In this document: positions 24,006-33,527 of the stretch, piece after piece
Layout of the letters: each line of letters starts with the position of its first letter
How positions within the stretch are numbered: position 1 is the first letter of the stretch
From: Gemmatimonadales bacterium
Lineage (GTDB): Bacteria > Gemmatimonadota > Gemmatimonadetes > Gemmatimonadales > GWC2-71-9
Direction of reading: 5' to 3'
DNA length: 34,582 bases
NCBI GenBank assembly: GCA_025929805.1
Contig: JAICPP010000002.1
Span: 1 to 34,582 of the forward strand
Program-made: the position numbers and the translations under genes
The notes under the pieces: model-generated
Databases searched by the model: none
What the model was told of the DNA's origin: nothing
What the model saw: only the letters and a program-made list of their open reading frames with translations

Positions 24006-25250
24006 CTATTCGGCTCGCAGCGCGTTGATCGGATCGAGCCGGGCGGCCCGCGCCGCCGGATATACCCCGAAAAGAACGCCTGCGCCGGCACCCAGGAGGA
24101 GCGCGGCTCCGACGGACCATAGCGTGACCCGCGCGGGCAGCGGGCTCGTGCTGGCCACGAGCAGCGCCGACCCCCAGCCCGCGATCACACCGAAGGCGCC
24201 CCCCAGCAGGGCCAGGACCACCGACTCAACCAGGAACTGGCGTCGGATATCCCGCCGGGTTGCCCCCACCGCTTTGCGGATTCCGATCTCATGCACCCGC
24301 TCATTCACCGTCATGAGCATGATGTTCATGATCACGATCCCACCCACGACGATTCCAATGCAGACGACCGCCGGCACCGCGGTAAACAGCACCTGAGTGA
24401 GATTCCGCCAGAAGGCGACCAGCGCCGTTGCCTTGTCCACCGTGAAATCATTGGGCTCTCCCGGTCGGAGCCGGTGGGCCAGGCGCATGGCAGCCTCAGC
24501 GCGATTCATCGCGTCGTCGATGTCCCGGGTCTCAGCCATCTTGACTGACACCACCGTGGTCTTACGGCGCCCGTACATGGACTCGAAGGTGGTGATGGGC
24601 AGGAGCACGAAGGTGTCGAAGGATTGGCCCAGGACCCTGCCTTTCTTGGCAATCACCCCTTTGACCCGCAGTTCGCGTCCTCCCACCCGGACCTTGCGGT
24701 CAACCGCCATGGCGGGATCGTCGAACAGGCGGTCTGCTACATCGAACCCCAGCACCACGACATCCCTACGGTCCCGGACATCAGGCTCCGTCAGCGGGGA
24801 TCCCCAGGCAAACTGGTAGTCCTGCACGGTCTGATAGGGGGGAGTGACACCGAAGACAACCACGTTCTCGACCAAACGGTTTCGGTAGATCACCTGGCTC
24901 ACCGGCGTAGGCCAGCCAGACTGGAGCGAGACCGCGCGGGCGTCGGGAATGGCCCGTCGCACCACCTCCGCGTCCTCCAGGGTGATCAGCGGCCGCTTGC
25001 TGATCGCCCGGATCTCTTCGTCATCCATCAGTCCCACATTGATCGGCGTACGACGGACTTGAAACGCGTTGGTCCCGATCAGCGCGCCGGTGATGTTCTC
25101 GCGGACATAGGCGTTCATTCCCTGGATCACGGCTACTACCATGACCAGGAACGCCACGCTGACGATGATGCCAAGCAGGGTGAAGAAGGAGCGGAGTTTG
25201 CTGCTCCAGATGGACTGGAGTGCCAGGCGTAACGCTTCGCTAAGGGGCAT
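24006..25250 (-). CDS. ABC transporter permease, MacB/FtsX type
   Basis: ALQSIWSSKLRSFFTLLGIIVSVAFLV and C-terminal HEIGIRKAVGA. Paralogous in architecture to the downstream permease. Confidence 0.85.
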   Translation of the reverse strand: MPLSEALRLALQSIWSSKLRSFFTLLGIIVSVAFLVMVVAVIQGMNAYVRENITGALIGTNAFQVRRTPINVGLMDDEEIRAISKRPLITLEDAEVVRRAIPDARAVSLQSGWPTPVSQVIYRNRLVENVVVFGVTPPYQTVQDYQFAWGSPLTEPDVRDRRDVVVLGFDVADRLFDDPAMAVDRKVRVGGRELRVKGVIAKKGRVLGQSFDTFVLLPITTFESMYGRRKTTVVSVKMAETRDIDDAMNRAEAAMRLAHRLRPGEPNDFTVDKATALVAFWRNLTQVLFTAVPAVVCIGIVVGGIVIMNIMLMTVNERVHEIGIRKAVGATRRDIRRQFLVESVVLALLGGAFGVIAGWGSALLVASTSPLPARVTLWSVGAALLLGAGAGVLFGVYPAARAARLDPINALRAE

Positions 25251-25282
25251 ACTGGGAGGGCGTGTCGCAGCCGGATCGCGAG

Positions 25283-26566
25283 CTAGGAGGCCCGCACTTC
25301 ACGGGTTTTCGTGGTGTCGGCGGCCCGCACCTTGGCCCCGTCCTCCAGGTCCCGAATGGCCTGGTAAGTCCCGGCGACGATCGTCTCGCCCTCGCGCAAT
25401 CCGTCCACCACTTCGAAGTACTCGTCTCCAGCGACACCGGTGCGCACCGGCCGGAAGGTGGCAATCCCGTTCCGCACCACGAAGACTCCTTCGGCCTCCT
25501 TCTTCTTGAACCGTGCGCGTAGGGTGTCGGCCGGCGCCGCCTCCTCGGACTCGTTGGGGATCTTCTCGTGATCCCGCACCGTGAGCGCAATGATGGGAAT
25601 GCTCAGCGCCTCGTTCCGGGTATCTGTAATAATGCGCGCGGTGCAGCTCAGGTCCGGTCGGACGTTCGGCGGGGGGTTCCGCAGCGTGACCTCCACATCG
25701 AAGTCCACCGCGCGCTCGGTCGAGCCCGTGGTGGTCTCGGTTCCATTCAGTTTGGCGCTGTGGCTCACCTTGGTCACTCGGCCCCAGAAGCTGGTGTCAG
25801 GATAGGCGTCGATCGTGACCTCGACCGAGTCGCTCTGCTTGAGCCGGACGACATCGGTCTCATCCACCTGCACCTTGGCGAGTATGACAGAGAGATCGGC
25901 AATGGTCATCAGCAAACCGGTCTCCCGAGAGAAGGTGCTCGGTACAGCTACTTCACCCTCCTCCACGGCTAAACGGACCACCCTCCCTGAAATCGGCGCT
26001 GTCAGTTTTGTCTTGCCCAGATTGTCCTTGGCTTCCTGGAGGCTCGCACGCGCCTGTTCCAACTGAGCCCTGGTCGCCTGATAATTGGCTTCGGCCACCT
26101 CATATGCAGTGCGTGACTGCTCGGCGGTTTCCGGAGCTATAAGGTTCTCGCCGAGTTGGGTCAGCTGCCGCGCGCGATTCCAGTCTCGCTGGGCCTGATC
26201 CCGGTTGGCCCTGGTTTGCACCAGCGTGGCCTGAGTGGATGACACAGCCCCCTGAGCTCTGGCGACCGCCGCCTGGTACTGGGCCGGATCGATCTGGAGC
26301 AGGAACTGTCCTCGTTTGACCAGGTCACCTTCCCGAACGGCGATATCGATAATCCGTCCGGTGATGTCGGCGCTGATATCGACCGAGGTCTTAGCTTCGA
26401 TCTTGCCGCTGGCCGTAACCGAGCCGACCAGATCTCGCCGGCTGACCCGCTCCAGCCGCACCTCGGTGCCTGCGTTCTTCCTTTGATTGAGTCGGAACGC
26501 GACCACGCCGCCGACGGCTAGAACCACCAGAGCAGTGATCAGCCAAGTCTTTGTTCTACGCGACAT
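25283..26566 (-). CDS. efflux periplasmic adaptor (HlyD/MacA membrane-fusion family)
   Basis: N-terminal TM, lipoyl-like GKIEAKTSVDISADITGRII, a long coiled-coil hairpin (QAAVARAQ...), and beta-barrel and MP domains. Confidence 0.88.
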   Translation of the reverse strand: MSRRTKTWLITALVVLAVGGVVAFRLNQRKNAGTEVRLERVSRRDLVGSVTASGKIEAKTSVDISADITGRIIDIAVREGDLVKRGQFLLQIDPAQYQAAVARAQGAVSSTQATLVQTRANRDQAQRDWNRARQLTQLGENLIAPETAEQSRTAYEVAEANYQATRAQLEQARASLQEAKDNLGKTKLTAPISGRVVRLAVEEGEVAVPSTFSRETGLLMTIADLSVILAKVQVDETDVVRLKQSDSVEVTIDAYPDTSFWGRVTKVSHSAKLNGTETTTGSTERAVDFDVEVTLRNPPPNVRPDLSCTARIITDTRNEALSIPIIALTVRDHEKIPNESEEAAPADTLRARFKKKEAEGVFVVRNGIATFRPVRTGVAGDEYFEVVDGLREGETIVAGTYQAIRDLEDGAKVRAADTTKTREVRAS

Positions 26567-26575
26567 GTCGGTTCC

Positions 26576-28105
26576 TCATTGGCGGAGCGAGCGGCCCACT
26601 GCCGCCTCGAGCGCCGCGATAGCCTTGTGGTAGTCGTACACCGCCGTGATGTAGTCGCCTTCGGCGCGCTGCACCGCGGTCTGAGCGTCTGAGACTTCGA
26701 GCGCGGTGCCGGCACCCAGGCGATAGCGATCCTGGGCGAGACGCAGTTGATCCCGCGCCGCATCGCGACTCGCCTGCTGCACCCCGATCGCCTGAAACGC
26801 GGTCTGGAGCCCCAGAAAACGCGCGTGCACATCGCTCCGGATGGCGAGCCGCCGCGCGCGCACTTCCTCGTCGGCATCGTCCTGCTGCGCCCGCGCTTGA
26901 GAGAGGCGGAGGGATCGGCCGAATCCGGTAAAGATCGGAAGCGAAACGACCAGATTGGCACTGAACGGCTGCCTGGTGTAGCGGAACGGGAACACGCTGT
27001 TTTGATCCCGGATCTGCGCGGAGACCGGTCCCAGCAGGGTCCCACCACCGTCGGTCAGGCCGAAGGCGGCGTAGCAGTTCGGCACTTCCCCGCCTAGGGA
27101 CAGAGCGGTTCGAACCGAGTTGTTGAACTGGCAATCGGCTGCCAGGGCCTGGGACTCGGCCAGAGTCTGTCCCAGCAACAGATCCTCATTGGTGTACTCC
27201 TGGGTGAAGCCACTCCACCCTGCCCGCAGCGAAAGGGAAGGGAGAAACTCCGTCTTGGCAGCTCTCACATCCAGGTCCGCCGCATGCTCCCGGGCGCGCA
27301 GCGAACGCAATCCCGGATTGTGGCGGTCGGCGAGCACCAGCAGGCTGTCCAGCTGGAATGCCGGCGCTGTCACCGGAAATGAATCGGAAAGGGTGATCTG
27401 ATCGATTGCGACCGGCGGCTCGATGCCCATGCGTCGCAGCAGGTCCAGCTTTGCTTCGGACTCCGCCTGCGTAGCTCGGAGTAGGGAGACATCGGAGGTC
27501 CCCTTGGTGACTTCCGCCTGGCGCACATCCAGGAGGGTTGCCTGACCGACGCGATAGCGGGCCCGGGCCAGTGCCAGGAACTCCTCGTTGCGGCGCACCT
27601 GCTGTCGAGCCACCTCCACCTGGGCGGCGGCCTGCAGCGCGTTCAGGTACTGAGTGGAGATTTCCGCCGTCAGAGCAATTCCAGCAGCGCTGATGTCTTC
27701 GTCGGTGGCTCGCTGCAGCGCCTTCTGCTGGGCGGGGGCGGTGAGACTGCGGCCGCTGAGCTGCCATTCGATGCCCAGGCTGTATCCCGAGGTCAGGAAC
27801 GAGGACGTGGGCAGGATGAGTCCACCGCCAAAGTTGGATTGGCCCGATCCGATGTACCCAAGGTCGCTCGAGGCAGTGAGTGAGGGAAGCAAGCCGCCGT
27901 ACGCGTTGCGAACTCCCCAGCGTGCCGGAGACGCGTCGTTGAGGGTCTGGCGATAGGCGGGACTGTTCGACCTTGCCTGCTGCAGCGCTTCCGCGAGAGA
28001 CAGGCTTACCGTACCGCGGACTCCGGCCTGCGGGATCGAGTCCTGGCCTGACAGCGTGTAGGGTACCATCAGGGCAATCGCGACCAGACTAATCCGGCCA
28101 ATCAT
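26576..28105 (-). CDS. TolC family outer-membrane efflux protein
   Basis: Two repeated halves rich in Y/Q/A with characteristic ...AQQQVRRNEEFLALARARYRVGQATLLDVRQAE... helices. Signal peptide runs from ATG 28105 (MIGRISLVAIALMVPYTLSGQ). Confidence 0.85.
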   Translation of the reverse strand: MIGRISLVAIALMVPYTLSGQDSIPQAGVRGTVSLSLAEALQQARSNSPAYRQTLNDASPARWGVRNAYGGLLPSLTASSDLGYIGSGQSNFGGGLILPTSSFLTSGYSLGIEWQLSGRSLTAPAQQKALQRATDEDISAAGIALTAEISTQYLNALQAAAQVEVARQQVRRNEEFLALARARYRVGQATLLDVRQAEVTKGTSDVSLLRATQAESEAKLDLLRRMGIEPPVAIDQITLSDSFPVTAPAFQLDSLLVLADRHNPGLRSLRAREHAADLDVRAAKTEFLPSLSLRAGWSGFTQEYTNEDLLLGQTLAESQALAADCQFNNSVRTALSLGGEVPNCYAAFGLTDGGGTLLGPVSAQIRDQNSVFPFRYTRQPFSANLVVSLPIFTGFGRSLRLSQARAQQDDADEEVRARRLAIRSDVHARFLGLQTAFQAIGVQQASRDAARDQLRLAQDRYRLGAGTALEVSDAQTAVQRAEGDYITAVYDYHKAIAALEAAVGRSLRQ

Positions 28106-28182
28106 GGATAGTGGCCTCGCATCTTCTCGGGTGCTTTCGTCGACGGGATACGAAATCGGGGTGCCAGACCGCGAAGTCCGGG

Positions 28183-28815
28183 TCAATCCTGTGTCCGAGA
28201 AACCCTGGTGCCGGACTCCGGGAGCACCAGACTTACCAGCCCCCTGGCATCCGTCTCCAGGGATCCCCGGATGCCTCCCGTGAGGTTCACGACGCCCGGG
28301 GATTCCCGCCGCGCGACGAACGAGGCCCGTCGCGCAGTTCGAGGGAAGACGGCCGTGAGTGACCTTCCGCTCGGGGTCGCGAGATCGGCGACCGCCACAT
28401 AGAGGGAGAATACGTTGTCATCGAGAAGGACGACATCGGGACCGCCGGGAAGCTCGCGGCCGGCCTCGGAGCCCTTGGCCACCGTTCGGATTATCAGTCG
28501 CGCGCCGGAGCCCGCAGCGAGTATGACGGTGGGTCCGCCAGGCCCTTCCACATCCAGTTGGAACTTGGCCAGGGCCGATTCTGGTGTGCGCTCGAGCGTG
28601 GCGCCGATGCGGAGCGTGGGATTGTTCGCCGGATACCGGGCGGTCGCCTGAAGAGTGGTGCCAGGGGCTCCGCGCCCCCGTCCTTGCGTCAGCCTGAACT
28701 CCTCACGACCGATCTCCTGCCCACCCTGCCTGACCACCAGCTTCGTACCCGCCGAGTCCTGAGCCAGGAGGGGACCGGCAGGTGCAAGCACGAGCAGAAC
28801 CGCGGCGAGGCGCAT
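28183..28815 (-). CDS. hypothetical exported protein
   Basis: Clear signal peptide MRLAAVLLVLAPAGPLLAQ and beta-rich composition. No family recognised. Heads the efflux gene string. Confidence 0.55.
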   Translation of the reverse strand: MRLAAVLLVLAPAGPLLAQDSAGTKLVVRQGGQEIGREEFRLTQGRGRGAPGTTLQATARYPANNPTLRIGATLERTPESALAKFQLDVEGPGGPTVILAAGSGARLIIRTVAKGSEAGRELPGGPDVVLLDDNVFSLYVAVADLATPSGRSLTAVFPRTARRASFVARRESPGVVNLTGGIRGSLETDARGLVSLVLPESGTRVSRTQD

Positions 28816-28832
28816 GGCATCTCCCGTTCAGG

Positions 28833-29549
28833 TCAGGATCTGGTCAGGCAGCTGGAGACACGGTCGAGGATAAATCTATACAGGCGCTCACCTTTCTGGG
28901 CGGACGCGAGACTGGGGTATCCCACCGAGCCGGGAGATCCCTCGGGCAGGTGCCGGCTGTGCCCGGGTCGATACCGGGTAAGCATAGAGGGCGGTAGGTC
29001 GAAGTCCCGAGCCAGCTCCATCCGTACCAGCTGAGGCGCCAGGAACAGAAGAAGGGACGTGTCGAGCTCTCCTCCGTGGATGGGGGCTGGCCGCTCCAGT
29101 ATCGAGCTGAAGTCGATGCTGAAGATGTCCATCACCTGGACCGTGGCTTCGTCGGTCCGAATGGCGCTCAGCGCTTCGAGATGGGCTTCACTCGACTGGG
29201 CGGTGATGATGAAGAACTCACGAACGCCTGCCCCCTCCTCCCAGGACTCGATAAGTTCGTTCATGACCCGGTGAAGTGTCCGCCGCCTGAGCGTTGCCCC
29301 GCCCGGAAGAGGCCTGGCGGCGGCATGCACTCCGTACTCGACGGTTGGAGTGCGCGGGATGCCGAATGCCTCCGAGAGGTCGTCAGCTAAACGTTCCACG
29401 ATGATCGTATCGCAGCCAAGTGGTAGGTGGGGGCCGTGTTGCTCCGTCGTGCCCACCGGCACGATGAGCGCTGGTCGCTCCTGCAGCCGTTGTCCCACGA
29501 GACCAGGAGTCATTTCCTTCAACCGCCAAAGGCGCCGTTCGTGATTCAT
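28833..29549 (-). CDS. creatininase family amidohydrolase
   Basis: LIVPVGTTEQHGPHLPLGCDT and ...GGELDTS motifs of the creatininase / FAPy deformylase family. Confidence 0.8.
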   Translation of the reverse strand: MNHERRLWRLKEMTPGLVGQRLQERPALIVPVGTTEQHGPHLPLGCDTIIVERLADDLSEAFGIPRTPTVEYGVHAAARPLPGGATLRRRTLHRVMNELIESWEEGAGVREFFIITAQSSEAHLEALSAIRTDEATVQVMDIFSIDFSSILERPAPIHGGELDTSLLLFLAPQLVRMELARDFDLPPSMLTRYRPGHSRHLPEGSPGSVGYPSLASAQKGERLYRFILDRVSSCLTRS

Positions 29550-32500
29550 CGCGGGCGTTTATGGGTGCTGATTGTGGTGGCCGCGGGTGGGGCTGCCGCG
29601 GAGTGGCTGCGGCAGCCTGCCGCCATCTGGCTGTGGATTGCCTGGCTGTGCGTGCTGCTGGAGCTCGCCGCCCTGTGGCCGCTTACCGGCTGGCGCCGTC
29701 GAGGTCTGGTGGTGCTGCTGGGTGGGATGGCCTTGGGGCTCACGCTCAGTCAGCGGCAGCTGAATGGCATCGAGAAACGTTGGCCGGAGGTTCGCGAGAA
29801 GCGGATTACAGCGGCCTCCCAGCATCTCTCGGGCGATCTCCACTCCGCGCTGCATCGGGCCGAGCGGTTGGCCGAGGCCGCCGTCGCCACTTCGACACAG
29901 AGCCGGGGCGGGGCCCTCCGGGTGCTGAATCGCATGGTGCCATCGGCTGGTCCCGAGATGAGTGTGGTGGTGTTCGATCAGCAAGGCCAGCCCTGGGCAT
30001 GGGCCGGCCGCCACCGGCTCCCGCCCCGCATGGAGGGCGACTCCTTTGCCGCGCGGGCGAGTGGATATTACGTGGTGCTGGAGGCGCGGCGCCACTCGGC
30101 CGAGGGGCACAGCGCCGCCGCGGCAGTGTTGATCTGGGCTCATCCAGCGGTGCCCGACCGCGATCGCAGCCTGGCGGAGTTGTTCCGGACCCGTACGGAA
30201 GTCGGGCTTGCCGTGTATCCTGCCGGCACTGCTCCTGACAGCAGGGACGTCTTCGATTACGAGGAGCCAACCACAGCCGGTCCCCGGCTCCTGTTCAGCG
30301 TCCAGCCCATACCGCCGGAACAGGGCTCGGCAAAGGAGTTGCTGTTCCACCGAACCAGCCAGGGAGTGGTGTGGCTGGTTCTTCTGATTTTCATCCTGGC
30401 GCTCACGCTCGCGAGCCGGCCAGTAGAGCGATTTCTGCTTCTTGGGTTGGTACTGTGGCTCGCGGCGCGCGCGCCAATCGGGTCGGCGCTCGGGTTACAG
30501 TCTCTCTTCTCCCCCGCAACCTTCTTTCGATCGCTTCTCGGCCCCCTGTCGGGGTCAGCCGGAGTGTTGGCGCTGGCCGGCATCCTTCTCACCATGGCCG
30601 GCGTCTGGCTCTGGAGACGCAGACTGTCGCGGCGCTGGTACGGGGCTCTGCTCGGGGTGCTCCTGCTGCTGGCTTCTCCTTACCTGATCAGCGACCTGGG
30701 TCGGGGTATCACCCCGCCGGCAGGCGGTGTCTCTATTGGACTCTGGCTTACCTGGCAGCTCACGCTACTGGTCAGTGCGTCCGGGTTGATCGTCCTGGCC
30801 GCCGCCCTCTTTCGCGGCAATGCCGACGAGAGCCCCAATCGGTGGCGGATCCTGGTGGCCGTCGGAATTGCCTTCGCTGCCGCCATCATCGGGGTTCTGG
30901 TCTGGAGTCCCCGGGGTGGGTGGCCCGATTGGTACACCTTTCTCTGGACGCCGGCCCTGCTGCTCGTGGCGCTTCCGGCTAGCCGCTGGGCTACCATCAT
31001 CGGCATCGCACTGGTTGCGGGAAGCTCTGCCGCGCTGCTGACCTGGGGAGCGGAGCTGTCGGGACGAGTTCAGGTTGCCCAACGCGATCTGGCCCGACTG
31101 GGCGAGGAGTCAGACCCGCTGGTGGTGCCGCTCCTGGAGGGGTTCGGCGAGCAGATCCGCCGTGCACCCCCGGCGGCGAACGCCTCCCAGATGTACGCAC
31201 TGTGGCACGGCTCATCCCTGAGCAATCAGCGGTACCCGGCGCATCTGGCGCTCTGGACCAACTCCGGTGCGCCGCGTGCCGAACTGGCTCTGGACTCCCT
31301 GGATCTTCCCCCGGCACTGCTGGGTCGCATGGTCAGGACCTTGCCGGCCGGTGACAGTCTCGAGGTAGCCCAACTCATCCGGCTCCCCGGTGTTCACTAC
31401 GTGCTGATCGTGCGACTAGCCTCGGACGAGATCATGACCGTGTCGATTGGACCCCGGACAGAGCTCATCCCTCCGGAACGCCTCGGTCGCCTGCTGGATC
31501 CAGCGCGCCACAATGCGCCGCTCTATACCTTTACCCTATCTCCGCCCACCGCCAGCAGCGCACTGCAGCAGCCGTCTCGATGGCGTCGAGAGGGCTGGAC
31601 GCTCCGGAGAGAGCACCCTTTGACTCTCGCCGGCACCACCCGAGTGGTGCATGCGACCATAGATCTCCGCGGACCGGTTCCTCTGTTCGTACGTGGAGTG
31701 TTGGTGGTGCTTCTGGACGCAGCCGTGCTGGCCATGCTCTGGTTCGTCGCCGAGCTGGCAGCTGGTGTACGGCTGCGGAAACCTCGGTGGCAGAGTCTCG
31801 CCCGCTCCTTTCGAATCCGCTTGGCGGTCACGCTGGGCGCCTTCTTCATTCTGCCGGCCGTCGTATTCGCTGCGTGGAGCTTTGCCCGGCTTGCGGGTGA
31901 GGCGGAGCGCAGCCGTGACTTGCTGATCGCTCAAACCCTTCGCGACGCCGTCGTAGCCGCTGGAGCAGGCTTTCGTTCCGGAGCTCTGCCACCTGATAGC
32001 CTCCATCAGCTCAGCCGTCAGGTAGATGCCGATCTCGCCTTGTATCGGGGCGGAGTGCTCAGCGGAATCAGCAACGTGGTGCTGGAGGAACTCGGAGTGG
32101 TCGGGCAGCTGATGGATCCGGGTGCCTTCGAAGCACTCGCACTGGAAGGGTCGCTCGAGGTCATCCAGGACGGCTCCATTCCTCAACTGGCAGAGCGGGT
32201 CGGGTATCGGGTAGTACAGCCGGGCACGCCGGCCGACCTCGCCGTGCTCGCGACCCCCCAGCTGGGCGACGATGCTCTGCTCCGTACCAGGCAGCTGGAC
32301 CTCGCATTGCTTTTGTTGCTGGCCACGCTGGTGGGTGTCGCCGCTGCTTTGTCGGGAGCCCAGATTGCGGCCCGCGCGCTATCTCGGCCGGTGGCCGAGT
32401 TGCGGCGGTCGGCGCTCGCGCTGGGCAAGGGCGGTCCGATGCCCCGGCATTCCGAACGGCCTCCACTCGAGTTCGAGCCCGTGTTTGCCGCCTTCGAGCG

Positions 32501-33527
32501 AATGGCTGCCGACATTCAGTCGAGTCAGCGAGCGCTGGAGGAAGCCCGGCGACGCACCGCCACGGTCCTCGCCACCGTGGCTACAGGAGTGGTGGGCGTC
32601 GATCCTGAGGGGAGAGTTCTGATAGCCAACCGCCAGGCCGTCGACCTGCTCGGGATGGAGCTGGCGGAAGGACAGTCATTTCTCGATCGACTGCCGCCGG
32701 AATGGCTTTCTCTGGCCGTTGCAGTGCGCCGCTTCCTGGGTGATCCTGCTGCCGACGGGTCGGCTGAACTGGAGGTCGGTGGCCGCCGGCTCACCTTGCA
32801 GCTTGCCTCGCTCGGACCTCAGCTGCGTGGTGCCGTGCTCGCACTGAATGACGTGACCGATGTGTCGCGCGCCGAGCGCGTGCTGGCCTGGGGGGAGATG
32901 GCCCGGCAGGTTGCTCACGAGATCAAAAATCCGCTCACGCCCATGCGGCTCGGCATGCAACACCTCCGCCGGGTATACCGCGACCGCCGGGAAGACTTCG
33001 ACCGTACGCTGGAGGAGACCGCCAGCCGCATCCTCGCAGAGATCGACCGACTCGACACCATTGCGCGGGCATTCAGCCGGTTCGCGGCACCTGCAGTCGG
33101 GGACCAACCGCTTGACCGAGTCGATCTTGGCTCTGTGGTCGGGGAAGTGGTTCAGCTATATCACCTGGCGGAAGAGGGGTGTGAGGTGCGCCTGATCGCC
33201 GAGTCGCAGGCGGTCGGAGCAGCACGAGCAGACGAGGTGAAAGAAGTCGTCGTCAACCTGCTGGAGAATGCCCGGAATGCCGGAGCGACGCTGGTCAGCG
33301 TCACGCTGGGGCCCGGCTTGATCACCGTGGCCGACAATGGAACCGGGATCCCAGCCGAGCTCCTCCCCTACGTGTTCGAGCCCCGGTTCTCGACCACAAC
33401 CAGTGGTTCTGGTCTGGGTTTGGCGATCGTTCGACGTCTGGTGGAGAGCTGGGGTGGACGGGTGAACGTGGAGAGCGGGGTAGGTCGCGGGACTGTGGTG
33501 AGAATCCAGCTTGCGGCGGCTAGTTAG
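29541..33527 (+). CDS. very large polytopic sensor histidine kinase (multi-TM sensor region, HAMP, PAS, HisKA, HATPase_c; NtrY-like core)
   Basis: C-terminal H-box AHEIKNPLTPM (His codon 32916-32918), N-box LLENARNA, G-boxes DNGTGIP and GSGLGLAIV. PAS-like VATGVVGVDPEGRVLIANRQA. Roughly 14 hydrophobic segments lie upstream. The start is uncertain (GTG 29541 or 29565); the ORF-track start at 29427 overlaps the divergent creatininase gene by 123 nt. Confidence 0.85.
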   Translation: MIHRGRLWVLIVVAAGGAAAEWLRQPAAIWLWIAWLCVLLELAALWPLTGWRRRGLVVLLGGMALGLTLSQRQLNGIEKRWPEVREKRITAASQHLSGDLHSALHRAERLAEAAVATSTQSRGGALRVLNRMVPSAGPEMSVVVFDQQGQPWAWAGRHRLPPRMEGDSFAARASGYYVVLEARRHSAEGHSAAAAVLIWAHPAVPDRDRSLAELFRTRTEVGLAVYPAGTAPDSRDVFDYEEPTTAGPRLLFSVQPIPPEQGSAKELLFHRTSQGVVWLVLLIFILALTLASRPVERFLLLGLVLWLAARAPIGSALGLQSLFSPATFFRSLLGPLSGSAGVLALAGILLTMAGVWLWRRRLSRRWYGALLGVLLLLASPYLISDLGRGITPPAGGVSIGLWLTWQLTLLVSASGLIVLAAALFRGNADESPNRWRILVAVGIAFAAAIIGVLVWSPRGGWPDWYTFLWTPALLLVALPASRWATIIGIALVAGSSAALLTWGAELSGRVQVAQRDLARLGEESDPLVVPLLEGFGEQIRRAPPAANASQMYALWHGSSLSNQRYPAHLALWTNSGAPRAELALDSLDLPPALLGRMVRTLPAGDSLEVAQLIRLPGVHYVLIVRLASDEIMTVSIGPRTELIPPERLGRLLDPARHNAPLYTFTLSPPTASSALQQPSRWRREGWTLRREHPLTLAGTTRVVHATIDLRGPVPLFVRGVLVVLLDAAVLAMLWFVAELAAGVRLRKPRWQSLARSFRIRLAVTLGAFFILPAVVFAAWSFARLAGEAERSRDLLIAQTLRDAVVAAGAGFRSGALPPDSLHQLSRQVDADLALYRGGVLSGISNVVLEELGVVGQLMDPGAFEALALEGSLEVIQDGSIPQLAERVGYRVVQPGTPADLAVLATPQLGDDALLRTRQLDLALLLLLATLVGVAAALSGAQIAARALSRPVAELRRSALALGKGGPMPRHSERPPLEFEPVFAAFERMAADIQSSQRALEEARRRTATVLATVATGVVGVDPEGRVLIANRQAVDLLGMELAEGQSFLDRLPPEWLSLAVAVRRFLGDPAADGSAELEVGGRRLTLQLASLGPQLRGAVLALNDVTDVSRAERVLAWGEMARQVAHEIKNPLTPMRLGMQHLRRVYRDRREDFDRTLEETASRILAEIDRLDTIARAFSRFAAPAVGDQPLDRVDLGSVVGEVVQLYHLAEEGCEVRLIAESQAVGAARADEVKEVVVNLLENARNAGATLVSVTLGPGLITVADNGTGIPAELLPYVFEPRFSTTTSGSGLGLAIVRRLVESWGGRVNVESGVGRGTVVRIQLAAAS

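Noticed and set aside
29427-29540. ORF-track start of the histidine kinase at 29427.
   Set aside because: It would overlap the divergent creatininase-family gene by 123 nt and adds a non-hydrophobic, non-conserved leader. The first hydrophobic segment follows GTG 29541 / GTG 29565.
31805-31825. tRNA-like T-arm string TTCGAATCC.
   Set aside because: It lies inside the histidine kinase coding frame, with no acceptor or anticodon stems around it. No tRNA cloverleaf could be built anywhere in the window.
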